Assembly (NCBI GenBank): GCA_049970055.1
Contig: JBMFNR010000003.1
Location: 64,001 to 128,000 of the forward strand
Direction: 5' to 3'
Length of the DNA: 64,000 nt
Source of the DNA: Fervidobacterium sp.
GTDB lineage: Bacteria; Thermotogota; Thermotogae; Thermotogales; Fervidobacteriaceae
A program made the position numbers and the translations under genes. The notes beneath the pieces are model-generated. The model was given only the letters and a program-made list of their open reading frames with translations, searched no databases and was not told where the DNA came from. This document shows, one piece after another, positions 1 through 8,458 of the stretch; position 1 is the stretch's first letter, and every line of letters starts with the position of its first letter.

Positions 1-1081
1 TTCTGGAACGGTACTAAACGACATACTCGGAGATAAGTTTTATATTCACAATACAACACCTGATGCGATAACTATTATGGAAAACATGTCAAAAACTTGT
101 AAGAACGGCGGAAGCTATTATTCTATGGAAGTTTCTTCGCATTCTCTTGATCAAGGTCGCGTTGAGATGATAAGATACGATATTGCCGGTCTTACCAATA
201 TTACAAGAGATCACCTTGATTACCATCCAACCTTTGAACATTATGTGAGCGCAAAATTGCATCTGTTCGATCTTTTGAAAAAAGACGGGTTAGCTGTAAT
301 AAATGAAGAATATTTACCGCTACTTAATGGTAAGAAGGTACCAAAGTTAGTAACGTTTGGAACAAGCGAGAATTCAACTTATAAGATATCAGACATTAAG
401 ACGAGTTGGAACGGTACAACGTTTACGTTGACAACTCCACATGGTGAGAAAAAAGTTTATACACAGATGATAGGCGAATACAACGCTTTCAACGTCACCT
501 TAGTTTTGGCAGGACTTGTTGAAATCGGATACGAGATTGATGAAGTGATAAGTTACATTTCAACTTTCAGAGGTGTGGATGGAAGATTTGAACCTATTCC
601 GGAAGCGAGAAAACTAGGGATAGAAGTTGTCATTGACTTTGCACATTCACCTGATGCTCTGGAAAAGGTTATAAAAAGCGCAAGAAAGCTTAGCAGGGGT
701 AGAGTTATTGTTGTGTACGGAGCTGGTGGTCAAGCTGATAAAGGTAAAAGACCGATGATGGCGGAAGTTGTGACCACACTAGCAGATATTGCGATACTTA
801 CGACCGATGATCCAAGGGGCGAAGATCCAGAAGAGATTATAAGAGATGTCGAGCAGGGCGTAAAACCCAATTCGCTTTCATTAACAGTTTTAGATAGAAG
901 AGAAGCCATCGATACAGCGATCACACTGGCAACACGTGGCGATGTTGTGATTATCGCTGGTAGAGGGCACGAGCCATACCAAGTCTTTAGTGATACATTG
1001 AAGATACCATTCAAAGACAGAGATGTAGCTCTTGATATCATTCTTTCAAAAATCAATAAAAATCATCACTCGAAAGATTAG
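1..1081 (+). CDS. murE: UDP-MurNAc-tripeptide ligase MurE (5'-truncated by the window edge)
   Basis: Motifs TTPD, MEVSSH, NITRDHLDYH, DFAHSPD, DDPR, AGRGHE. The frame is open from base 2 (SGTVLND...), so the gene starts upstream of the window. Confidence 0.95.
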   Translation, partial: SGTVLNDILGDKFYIHNTTPDAITIMENMSKTCKNGGSYYSMEVSSHSLDQGRVEMIRYDIAGLTNITRDHLDYHPTFEHYVSAKLHLFDLLKKDGLAVINEEYLPLLNGKKVPKLVTFGTSENSTYKISDIKTSWNGTTFTLTTPHGEKKVYTQMIGEYNAFNVTLVLAGLVEIGYEIDEVISYISTFRGVDGRFEPIPEARKLGIEVVIDFAHSPDALEKVIKSARKLSRGRVIVVYGAGGQADKGKRPMMAEVVTTLADIAILTTDDPRGEDPEEIIRDVEQGVKPNSLSLTVLDRREAIDTAITLATRGDVVIIAGRGHEPYQVFSDTLKIPFKDRDVALDIILSKINKNHHSKD

Positions 1082-1095
1082 TAAGTGATTTTGGG

Positions 1096-2370
1096 GTGGT
1101 TCAGGTGTCTTTGAAACTACCGGAATTATACGGTCATAGATTTGTAGTTGATTCAAGAGAAGTCAAACCAGGGGATGTTTTTGTTGCTATTAAAGGTAAC
1201 AGAGTAGATGGACATGATTTTACAAAACAGGCAATTGAGAACGGTGCCTTTGCTGTTATTGTTGAACATGATGTCAAAGTGGAGAACCAAATAATTGTAC
1301 ATAACACTATTGATTTTCTTGGAAAATTAGCTAAGTCAATTATCGAAAGTTTTAATCCTAAAATCGTAGGGATAACTGGTTCAAACGGGAAGACAACGAC
1401 TAAAGAAATCGTTTGGTCTGTTTTAAACGCTGAGATTCCAACCTTTAAGAACGAAGGTAATCTTAATTCCGAAATAGGTCTTCCACTATCTATAATAAAC
1501 TCTTATAAAGGTGAATCACTTTTAGTGCTTGAAATGGCGCAAAGAGTTGTTGGTGATATTGAATATCTGTGCAAACTATTTAGGCCAGATGTAGGCGTTT
1601 TGTTGAACGTAGGTAGTGCACATGTGGGTATTGCTGGCAACATCGAGAGCATCTTTAAAGGAAAATGGCAAATAGTTGAAAATTCTAAACATGCGCTTGT
1701 AAATTTTGATGATCCACGGATGCGCTGTGAAAAATGTAGGTACTTTGGTACAACAGGTGGTGACTACATATTATCGAGTGTAAAAATTACTGGTGACTCA
1801 ACAATCTTGACGATTCTTTTTGAAGGTCAGGAACATTATTACCAACTTCCAGGTTATTGGACAAAATCAATGGCGTTATCTGTTTTGGTTGCTTTTGGGG
1901 TAGCTGATATGCTTGATATGCCATTTAATCCAGTAAGCTTGCTGAATTTTAAGCCTCTGAAGGGTAGGTTTAATGTTCATAGAATGAATGACGGTTACAT
2001 AATTGATGATACTTACAATGCAAGTTACGAGTCATTTAAAGCAGGTATCGAAGAAGTCATGACTGGATTTCCAAGGCCCAGGTACGCAGTTGTTGGTGCA
2101 ATGAAAGAACTTGGTGAATATTCAAAAACCTACCATGAACAACTTTCTGAAATATTGAAAGACTTTGACGGAGTCATAGTCTACGATAAGGAAGAGGAGT
2201 CAAAGTACATAAATAGTCAAAATATCCTATTTAGGAGCGAAAATTTCGAAGAAATTGTTAGATTTATAAAGGAAAAAATAATAAAAGACCATTTATTAGG
2301 TACAATTTATTTTAAAGCATCAAGAGCTGTTGAACTTGATAAGATGGTGGTAGAATTGCTTAATCGATAA
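1096..2370 (+). CDS. murF: UDP-MurNAc-pentapeptide ligase MurF
   Basis: DSR..PGD, GITGSNGKTTTKE, DDTYNAS, GAMKELG, KASR; follows murE. Confidence 0.95.
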   Translation: MVQVSLKLPELYGHRFVVDSREVKPGDVFVAIKGNRVDGHDFTKQAIENGAFAVIVEHDVKVENQIIVHNTIDFLGKLAKSIIESFNPKIVGITGSNGKTTTKEIVWSVLNAEIPTFKNEGNLNSEIGLPLSIINSYKGESLLVLEMAQRVVGDIEYLCKLFRPDVGVLLNVGSAHVGIAGNIESIFKGKWQIVENSKHALVNFDDPRMRCEKCRYFGTTGGDYILSSVKITGDSTILTILFEGQEHYYQLPGYWTKSMALSVLVAFGVADMLDMPFNPVSLLNFKPLKGRFNVHRMNDGYIIDDTYNASYESFKAGIEEVMTGFPRPRYAVVGAMKELGEYSKTYHEQLSEILKDFDGVIVYDKEEESKYINSQNILFRSENFEEIVRFIKEKIIKDHLLGTIYFKASRAVELDKMVVELLNR

Positions 2371-2389
2371 TATATGGAGGTTGACTCGT

Positions 2390-3310
2390 ATGAAACTGTA
2401 CCTTAGTATAATATTCCTAGCAGAGTTTTTGGTAGGACTATTGATGTTTCCAAATTTTATTGAGTACATGAGAAAGTTTAAGCTTGGGCAATATATTCGT
2501 CGCGAGGGGCCTGATCTACACAATTATAAAGAAGGTACACCAACGGCTGGTGGTGTAGTTTTTATTTCAATAGCGATTATTGGAGGGCTTCTTGCTAAAA
2601 TTCCTAAGGAACTTTTGCTTACGTTGGTATTTTACGGATTCATTGGTTTCCTTGATGATTTTATAAGTATAACGAAAAAGCGTTCACTTGGCTTGAAAGC
2701 TTGGCAGAAATTAGTTTTGCAGTTCATCTTTTCTTTATGGATTGCAAATACAGTACTTCAGTACAGAGAAAGCTGCATATTTGGAATTCCAGTTGAAAAG
2801 TGGCTTTTTTATACCTTCACAATGTTTTTGATTTCAGGATACTCGAACGCGACCAATTTGACCGATGGTCTTGACGGCCTTGCTGGTTGGGTATTTGTGA
2901 CGAGCATGCTACCATTTATTTTTTTTTCAAAAAGTTTACAGCAGTTCAGTGCAATATTTGTTATCATAATGCCTTTACTTGCTTTCCTTGTTTATAATAC
3001 AAGGCCTGCAAAAGTATTTATGGGTGACACAGGATCTTTAGCTCTCGGAGCGTACATTTCAACATACGCCATTATGACTGGAAATGAACTTGCTTTAATA
3101 TTTTTCACATCGATATTTTTGTTAGAAACCATAAGTGTGATACTACAGGTAGGTTCATACAAATTAATGGGCAAACGCATCTTTAAAATGGCTCCGATAC
3201 ACCATCATTTTGAGTTGCTCGGTTGGAGGGAAGAGAAGATCGTTGGGGTTTTCAGCGCGTGGAATCTAGCAATCGCAATTTTCTACATATCGTTGTTTTT
3301 GAAAGGATAA
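2390..3310 (+). CDS. mraY: Phospho-MurNAc-pentapeptide transferase MraY
   Basis: KEGTPTAGG, GFLDD, NLTDGLDGL, FMGDTGSL, MAPIHHHFE. ATG at 2390 chosen because GGAGG lies at 2376-2380. Confidence 0.95.
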   Translation: MKLYLSIIFLAEFLVGLLMFPNFIEYMRKFKLGQYIRREGPDLHNYKEGTPTAGGVVFISIAIIGGLLAKIPKELLLTLVFYGFIGFLDDFISITKKRSLGLKAWQKLVLQFIFSLWIANTVLQYRESCIFGIPVEKWLFYTFTMFLISGYSNATNLTDGLDGLAGWVFVTSMLPFIFFSKSLQQFSAIFVIIMPLLAFLVYNTRPAKVFMGDTGSLALGAYISTYAIMTGNELALIFFTSIFLLETISVILQVGSYKLMGKRIFKMAPIHHHFELLGWREEKIVGVFSAWNLAIAIFYISLFLKG

Positions 3311-3321
3311 GTGGACAGGGG

Positions 3322-4242
3322 ATGGGTGTAGTATCTGTTAAGTACGTGTTTCTCGAAATTCTTTTAATAGTTTTACTAACTTTTTTCTCATATAAAACAA
3401 AAATATTGCTTGAGTTTCCCAGTGAAAGAAAAAAACACAAAAAGCCAGTACCTTTGATAGGCGGTATCGTTTTGTTTCTTACCATCCTAATGAGCTCAAG
3501 TGCAGGTTTAATGAAGAAAAATTTCGGATCAGATATATTATTTTATTTTGTTTTTGCGATTGGTTTGGTAGATGATATGTTTGAGATGCCTTACTATGCG
3601 AAATTGGTTCTACAATTTGTGGCTGGATTGACTTATGTGAATTTACACACGCTGCGCTTAACGGGTAATAGTAATTTTGATACGCTAATATCACTTGCTT
3701 TTTTCATTGTAATTTTAAATGGCTTCAACTTGATAGATGGTATAAATGGCCTTTTACTTGGCGTTGCACTGATTTACTCAATCATGGCGCTTAATCTTCA
3801 ATTTGCTATCTTTATTTTCGTCTTAGCTTTGTTCAATTTTAAAGAAATTTTGTTTATGGGTGATTCGGGAGCATTTTTGATTGCCTACGTACTTTTGGTT
3901 TCCTCTCAAAATGTATCGAATGAACTTACAGAACTTGCGGTATTTTTCGGATATCCATTGTATGAAATAACCTCATCATTTCTGAGAAGGGTTATTTTTG
4001 GAAAAAATCCATTTAAACCTGACAGATTTCATTTACATCATATTGGTTCGGAAGTCTTAGGTACTGTATTTTTCCTTATCAACGCATATTTACTCACCTT
4101 AGGTTTTTCACTCCTGTCAACCAAGAAATTCGGTTTGGTTTTCTACTTGTTGGTTTGGTTGACCCTTTTCTTCTTCCAAATAGTTACTATCAAACATTCC
4201 GAGCGCATGTTGGAGCGAAACCAGAGCGACTTCGAGCTGTGA
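3322..4242 (+). CDS. MraY/WecA/TagO-family (glycosyltransferase 4) undecaprenyl-phosphate HexNAc-1-P transferase
   Basis: RKKH..PVPLIGG, GLVDD, NLIDGINGL, FMGDSGA, D..HLHH; many hydrophobic segments. Start placed at ATG 3322, after the mraY stop. Confidence 0.85.
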   Translation: MGVVSVKYVFLEILLIVLLTFFSYKTKILLEFPSERKKHKKPVPLIGGIVLFLTILMSSSAGLMKKNFGSDILFYFVFAIGLVDDMFEMPYYAKLVLQFVAGLTYVNLHTLRLTGNSNFDTLISLAFFIVILNGFNLIDGINGLLLGVALIYSIMALNLQFAIFIFVLALFNFKEILFMGDSGAFLIAYVLLVSSQNVSNELTELAVFFGYPLYEITSSFLRRVIFGKNPFKPDRFHLHHIGSEVLGTVFFLINAYLLTLGFSLLSTKKFGLVFYLLVWLTLFFFQIVTIKHSERMLERNQSDFEL

Positions 4243-5025
4243 GTCGTCAGGTTGCGCTGTTGTTAATTTTTGTAAAAGCAAGCCTGGAGTGGAAAGTATT
4301 CTCAGACGTGGGTATCTATCGAACAGGCGTAATAATTCATATGAAATGCCTGCCACTACTGGAAGCACTAATATCCTCAGAATTATTCTACTCAACATAT
4401 TAAGCGGGCCAAAGATACCGAACAAACTGTGGATTAATATTGCGATGACTAAGAAAATCATGACAAAATTCGTCCCACATCGTGGGTGAATAGTTGAATA
4501 TTTTCTAGCATTTTCAATAGTTAGTTCTTCTCTATTTTCGAACGTATGAACGGCTTTGTGTTCGGCACCGTGGTACTTAAAAACCTCCTTTACATCTTTG
4601 AAAAGCGAGATTATATATACATACAAAAGAAAAACTCCAAGCCTTATAAATCCGTCAATAAGCGAAAATAAGAATTCGTTGCTCTTAACCCCAAGCCATT
4701 TTGTTAAGTATGCGGGCAAGACAATGAAGAGTCCGATAGCCAGTATCAAAGAAAAAATCAGGGAAAAGAAAGACTCGCTCTTTTTCATTTGTTCATCAGA
4801 AGATATTTCCGCACTTAAATTCAATGCCTTTATACCAAAATATACTGAATAAAATAGGCTGAAAAATCCTCTTAAAAATGGTACTTTAAGCCATTTATTT
4901 CTTGGATTTACACTTCCGAGTTCTTGAATTTCAATAGTACCGTCCTTTTTCCTTATAGCGACGACAACTTTCTTGCCCATCATCAGAACGCCATCTATAA
5001 CTGCTTGACCGCCAACTTTCATCAC
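4117..5025 (-). CDS. DUF1385/YqhQ-family membrane protein
   Basis: VGGQAVIDGVLM, YHGAEHK, HPRCGTNF and LQKLTT..P motifs typical of the family. Confidence 0.85.
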   Translation of the reverse strand: MMKVGGQAVIDGVLMMGKKVVVAIRKKDGTIEIQELGSVNPRNKWLKVPFLRGFFSLFYSVYFGIKALNLSAEISSDEQMKKSESFFSLIFSLILAIGLFIVLPAYLTKWLGVKSNEFLFSLIDGFIRLGVFLLYVYIISLFKDVKEVFKYHGAEHKAVHTFENREELTIENARKYSTIHPRCGTNFVMIFLVIAILIHSLFGIFGPLNMLSRIILRILVLPVVAGISYELLRLFDRYPRLRILSTPGLLLQKLTTAQPDDSQLEVALVSLQHALGMFDSNYLEEEKGQPNQQVENQTEFLG

Positions 5026-5050
5026 TTCACCTCGTTTCTTTATTAAATCG

Positions 5051-5081
5051 ATAAACTCACCGGTGCTAAAAGCACCGGTGA
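5051..5081 (-). terminator. Probable intrinsic terminator/hairpin after the spoVS-hypothetical pair
   Basis: Perfect 11-bp stem TCACCGGTGCT-aaa-AGCACCGGTGA, just past the stop at 5086; short U-tract on the minus strand. Confidence 0.6.
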
Positions 5082-5085
5082 ATTT

Positions 5086-5358
5086 TTATTCTTCTTTGCC
5101 AATAATACTGTTATAAACTTCAAGAATTTTTTGAAAATTAGAATCTTCGAGAATTATCCTATAGAATTTGTAAGCTTCTATGTCTTCCGGTGAGTTACGC
5201 TTCATAAAATAATTAAGTACCTTTCGTTTAAAATCTTGTCTTTCAGCGTCTGTCATTTGCGCGATTGATTTTACAATCCCAAGAATCCTTTCATCGTTCA
5301 AGCACGCTTGTGCGATGATTATTATCTCTTCCGTGGGTTCCCCAATTACTCCATCCAT
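5086..5358 (-). CDS. Hypothetical 90-aa helical protein
   Basis: ORF fills the gap between spoVS and the hairpin; protein-like composition; no family recognised. Confidence 0.7.
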   Translation of the reverse strand: MDGVIGEPTEEIIIIAQACLNDERILGIVKSIAQMTDAERQDFKRKVLNYFMKRNSPEDIEAYKFYRIILEDSNFQKILEVYNSIIGKEE

Positions 5359-5387
5359 GCAGTTTTATCAAAACCTACCCCATGATA

Positions 5388-5651
5388 TCAACTTACTATG
5401 TAGACTTTGAATGATATTCCAGTTCTTGTTTCATTTCCAATTTGGATTTCAATAAAAGCGGGAACTGCATAAAGGTCCTGTTTTTCTTGTTCCAAGAATC
5501 TTCTTGCAATCGCCAATGCTTTTGATGCTTGGTTAACTGCCCCTGCCCCGATAGCTTGAATTTCGACTTTGCCGTTTTTCTTCAAAGAACCTACGATGGC
5601 TCCAGCTACTTTGTTGGGATTTGACTTTGAACTAACCTTCAATATTTCCAT
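5388..5651 (-). CDS. spoVS: SpoVS-family protein
   Basis: MEILKVSSKSNPNKVAGAI, IQAIGAGAVNQA.KA.AIAR, PAF; AGGAGG SD upstream. Confidence 0.95.
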   Translation of the reverse strand: MEILKVSSKSNPNKVAGAIVGSLKKNGKVEIQAIGAGAVNQASKALAIARRFLEQEKQDLYAVPAFIEIQIGNETRTGISFKVYIVS

Positions 5652-5708
5652 AGTACCTGTCCTCCTTGTGCTTCTGTAGTGTGATATAATAGTAGGTAAC
5701 TTGTCTAT

Positions 5709-5737
5709 ATTTTATCACATATAATCATAAAAATCAA
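5709..5737 (-). promoter_or_regulatory. Sigma70-type promoter of spoVS
   Basis: Minus strand TTGATT-N17-TAAAAT with an extended -10 TG. Confidence 0.55.
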
Positions 5738-5802
5738 ATTTTGAACTAAAAATTTCCACTAGTTATTAAAAATTGTTTCTACAACACGTCACAACTCACA
5801 TA

Positions 5803-5841
5803 AATAGTAACAAAAAATTAAATAATAGTAACAAAAAATTA
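5803..5841. repeat. Two copies of 18-bp AATAGTAACAAAAAATTA, period 21 bp
   Basis: Exact copies at 5803-5820 and 5824-5841. Confidence 0.85.
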
Positions 5842-5842
5842 T

Positions 5843-5870
5843 TTTACTTTCGAGTGATCAGTGGTAAAAT
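5843..5870 (+). promoter_or_regulatory. Probable promoter of the rplU operon
   Basis: TTTACT-N16-TAAAAT with an extended TGn -10. Confidence 0.5.
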
Positions 5871-5895
5871 AATGATGGCGTTAATCAGCAAAAAA

Positions 5896-5981
5896 AGGTA
5901 CATAAAACGCGTTTTAAATGGTTTATAGATTCCCCGCACGTCTATAAACCTACGTGTTTTAGTACCTATGAAAATCATAGG
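5896..5981 (+). ncRNA. Structured 5' leader of the rplU operon (L21-leader-like cis element)
   Basis: Nested helices AGGTAC/GTACCT, TAAAACGCGT/ACGTGTTTTA and GGTTTATAGA/TCTATAAACC around loop TTCCCCGCACG, plus a hairpin CCTATG/CATAGG at the SD. Confidence 0.6.
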
Positions 5982-5993
5982 AGGTGAAGTTTT

Positions 5994-6314
5994 GTGTACG
6001 CTATCGTAGAAAACGGCGGAAAGCAGTACAAAGTGGAAGTTGGGCAGCATTTGTACACAGAGAAATTGAAAGGTGTACAGCACGGAGATAAGGTTACGCT
6101 CGACAAGGTTGTTCTGGTTAAGACGGATGAAGGGAAAGTATTGGTTGGCAAGCCTTACTTGACGAATGTTGTTATCACTGGAACGGTTGTAGAACATGCC
6201 AGGGCGAGAAAGGTTCTCGTTGGTCAATTTATTCCAAGAAAGGGACACAAGACGATTAAAGGGCACAGACAGTGGTACACCACCATAAAGATCGAGAATA
6301 TAGAAATTAAGTAA
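5994..6314 (+). CDS. rplU: 50S ribosomal protein L21
   Basis: [24 protein letters not shown]. Confidence 0.97.
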   Translation: MYAIVENGGKQYKVEVGQHLYTEKLKGVQHGDKVTLDKVVLVKTDEGKVLVGKPYLTNVVITGTVVEHARARKVLVGQFIPRKGHKTIKGHRQWYTTIKIENIEIK

Positions 6315-6318
6315 GTAT

Positions 6319-6630
6319 ATGATTAAATGTACATTTTTAAGATTGAGCGGTACTTTCACGATCTTTGAAATAAAAGGTCACGCCGAGTATGATAAAAAAG
6401 GAAAAGATATAATTTGTGCAGCTGTTAGCACTGTGGCACAGCATACAGCAAGGGCCTTAAAAAAAGATGGAGCCCAGGTACAAGTAAAAGATGGATATCT
6501 TAAAGTATCGAATATTCCAAGTAATGAAATATCCCAGAGGCTAGTAACGGAATTATTTGAAACGATTAAAGATTTATCACGGCAGTATCCAAGATATATA
6601 AATGTGGAGGTGAGTGATGATGCGCATTAA
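6319..6630 (+). CDS. prp: Ribosomal-processing cysteine protease Prp (YsxB)
   Basis: GHA...G.DIICAAVS catalytic His/Cys, QYPRYI; sits between rplU and rpmA. Confidence 0.92.
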   Translation: MIKCTFLRLSGTFTIFEIKGHAEYDKKGKDIICAAVSTVAQHTARALKKDGAQVQVKDGYLKVSNIPSNEISQRLVTELFETIKDLSRQYPRYINVEVSDDAH

Positions 6631-6889
6631 CATACAACTTTTTGCAAAAGCAAGTGGTGCAGGTAGAAATGGTAGAGATAGCAATCCAAAGTACTTAGGT
6701 ATCAAAAAATTTGATGGAGAGAATGTTGTCGCTGGTAATATAATTGTCAGGCAAAGAGGAACGAAAATGTGGCCAGGTAGTAACGTTGGTATGGGTCGAG
6801 ATTACACACTTTTCGCTCTCAAAGATGGCTATGTAAAATTTGTAACGAAGAACAACAGAAAATATGTTACAGTAGTTGAGGAACGCTAG
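6617..6889 (+). CDS. rpmA: 50S ribosomal protein L27 with a Prp-cleavable N-terminal extension
   Basis: [30 protein letters not shown]-terminal RINIQLF/A extension. Confidence 0.97.
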   Translation: MMRINIQLFAKASGAGRNGRDSNPKYLGIKKFDGENVVAGNIIVRQRGTKMWPGSNVGMGRDYTLFALKDGYVKFVTKNNRKYVTVVEER

Positions 6890-6920
6890 AAACTAGAAAT
6901 AGGTGATCTAGGAGGAACCT

Positions 6921-7448
6921 ATGAAAAGAACAGTAACTTCTCGAATTGCGACAATAGGTATAATGTCTGCTCTTGCAACTGGTCTGATGTTCATAGAATT
7001 TCCAATATTCCCAGCGGTAAACTTTTTGAAATTCGATCCGAGCGATATACTTCCTCTCTTAGCTGCTTTTATATTTGGACCCATTGATGGTGTCATAGTT
7101 TTGCTAATTAAAGATATCTTATTTTACATGCTGAAATCTGGAGATATAGTTGGAATAGTAATGAACTTTGTTGCAGGAGTTTCGTACATGTTACCTGTTG
7201 TGCTGATTTACAAAATAAGAAAAAATAGAGTGATTGAAATAATAGGGTATATAGTAGGTGTAATAACTGTTTCAGGAGTTATGACACTTCTCAATATGAT
7301 TGTTGTTCCTTTATATTGGAAGATTTCCTTTGAAGATACTTTGAAGTTTTTACCATGGATAGCAGGTTTCAATGCAATAAAATTCTCAATAGACTCGATT
7401 GCAAACGCATTACTTAGGGAACGCATAGCAAAGATATTTGAAGATTGA
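6921..7448 (+). CDS. ribU: ECF transporter S component, RibU (riboflavin)-like
   Basis: EFPIFP..FLKFDPSD.P, FGP..G, FNAIK; about six hydrophobic segments. Confidence 0.8.
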   Translation: MKRTVTSRIATIGIMSALATGLMFIEFPIFPAVNFLKFDPSDILPLLAAFIFGPIDGVIVLLIKDILFYMLKSGDIVGIVMNFVAGVSYMLPVVLIYKIRKNRVIEIIGYIVGVITVSGVMTLLNMIVVPLYWKISFEDTLKFLPWIAGFNAIKFSIDSIANALLRERIAKIFED

Positions 7449-7479
7449 TAATTGGAAAACTTGAAGGGAGGAATAATCG

Positions 7480-7923
7480 ATGGCGAGGCCATTTCCTGTA
7501 CAAAAAACATCATTTCCAAAAGTAGAAAGAAAATGGTACCTTGTTGATGCAGCTGGTAAACCACTTGGTCGTTTAGCCACAAGGATAGCTTTGCTTTTAC
7601 AAGGTAAGAATCAACCAACTTGGTCACCACATGTTGATAACGGCAATTATGTAATTGTTATAAACGCCGAGAAAGTACTTTTAACTGGTAAAAAGCTTAA
7701 TCAAAAAGTGTACTATCATCACTCTGGTTACCCAGGAGGTTTAAAGTCTCAAACAGCGAGACAAATTATGGAAAAATATCCGGAAAGGATCATTGAACTT
7801 GCAGTCAAAAGGATGCTACCAAAAACGATTCTTGGTAGACATCAATTTAAGAGATTGAAAGTTTACACTGGAGAAAACTATCCACATACTGCTCAAAAGC
7901 CTGAAAAAATTGAGCTTCTCTAA
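7480..7923 (+). CDS. rplM: 50S ribosomal protein L13
   Basis: [27 protein letters not shown]. Confidence 0.98.
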   Translation: MARPFPVQKTSFPKVERKWYLVDAAGKPLGRLATRIALLLQGKNQPTWSPHVDNGNYVIVINAEKVLLTGKKLNQKVYYHHSGYPGGLKSQTARQIMEKYPERIIELAVKRMLPKTILGRHQFKRLKVYTGENYPHTAQKPEKIELL

Positions 7924-7941
7924 TCGAGGGGAGGGAAATAA

Positions 7942-8340
7942 ATGGCAGACATTTACATGGGAACAGGTAGGAGGAAAACATCGACTGCACGTGTTTATTT
8001 AAAACCTGGTTCTGGAAAGATTGTAATTAACGACAAAGAATATAAAGAATTTAATGAATATTTCGAGAATAAAGTATGGACAATGCATGCTGTCGAACCT
8101 TTGAAAGTTGCAGGTCTTGACGGTACATTTGACATTCTAATCAGAGTTGAGGGTGGAGGCAAAAACGGACAGGCAGGTGCTGTTAGGCTTGGCCTTGCTA
8201 GAGCCCTTGTAAGCTACAATCCAGACCTTAGGAAGATGTTCAGGGATAGAAGTTTCCTCACGAGAGACCCAAGAATGGTGGAAAGGAAAAAGTACGGTCT
8301 TAAAAAGGCAAGACGAGCCCCACAATTCTCCAAGCGTTAA
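7942..8340 (+). CDS. rpsI: 30S ribosomal protein S9
   Basis: [33 protein letters not shown]. Confidence 0.98.
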   Translation: MADIYMGTGRRKTSTARVYLKPGSGKIVINDKEYKEFNEYFENKVWTMHAVEPLKVAGLDGTFDILIRVEGGGKNGQAGAVRLGLARALVSYNPDLRKMFRDRSFLTRDPRMVERKKYGLKKARRAPQFSKR

Positions 8341-8383
8341 TGTTCTCACCTCTGGCTTACACTCTATTACTGAGTTCAATACT

Positions 8384-8424
8384 GGGTGGCAGATGGGTAT
8401 GTACCAACTGCTACCCTTATTTAA
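8384..8424 (+). terminator. Hairpin between rpsI and dnaG (weak terminator or processing site)
   Basis: GGGTGGCAG/CTGCTACCC stem with one G-U pair, followed by TTATTTAA. Confidence 0.45.
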
Positions 8425-8458
8425 TATTTAATGGCCTATGGGTAGGTTTTGAAGTGCT

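Noticed and set aside
5803..5841. Tandem repeat as a CRISPR remnant
   Set aside because: Only two 18-bp copies separated by 3 nt; no spacers and no cas genes.
5844..6359. 171-aa minus-strand ORF, and the many other short alternative-frame or antisense ORFs in the track
   Set aside because: They overlap well-supported genes (here rplU and its leader) and show no recognisable motifs; treated as shadow ORFs.
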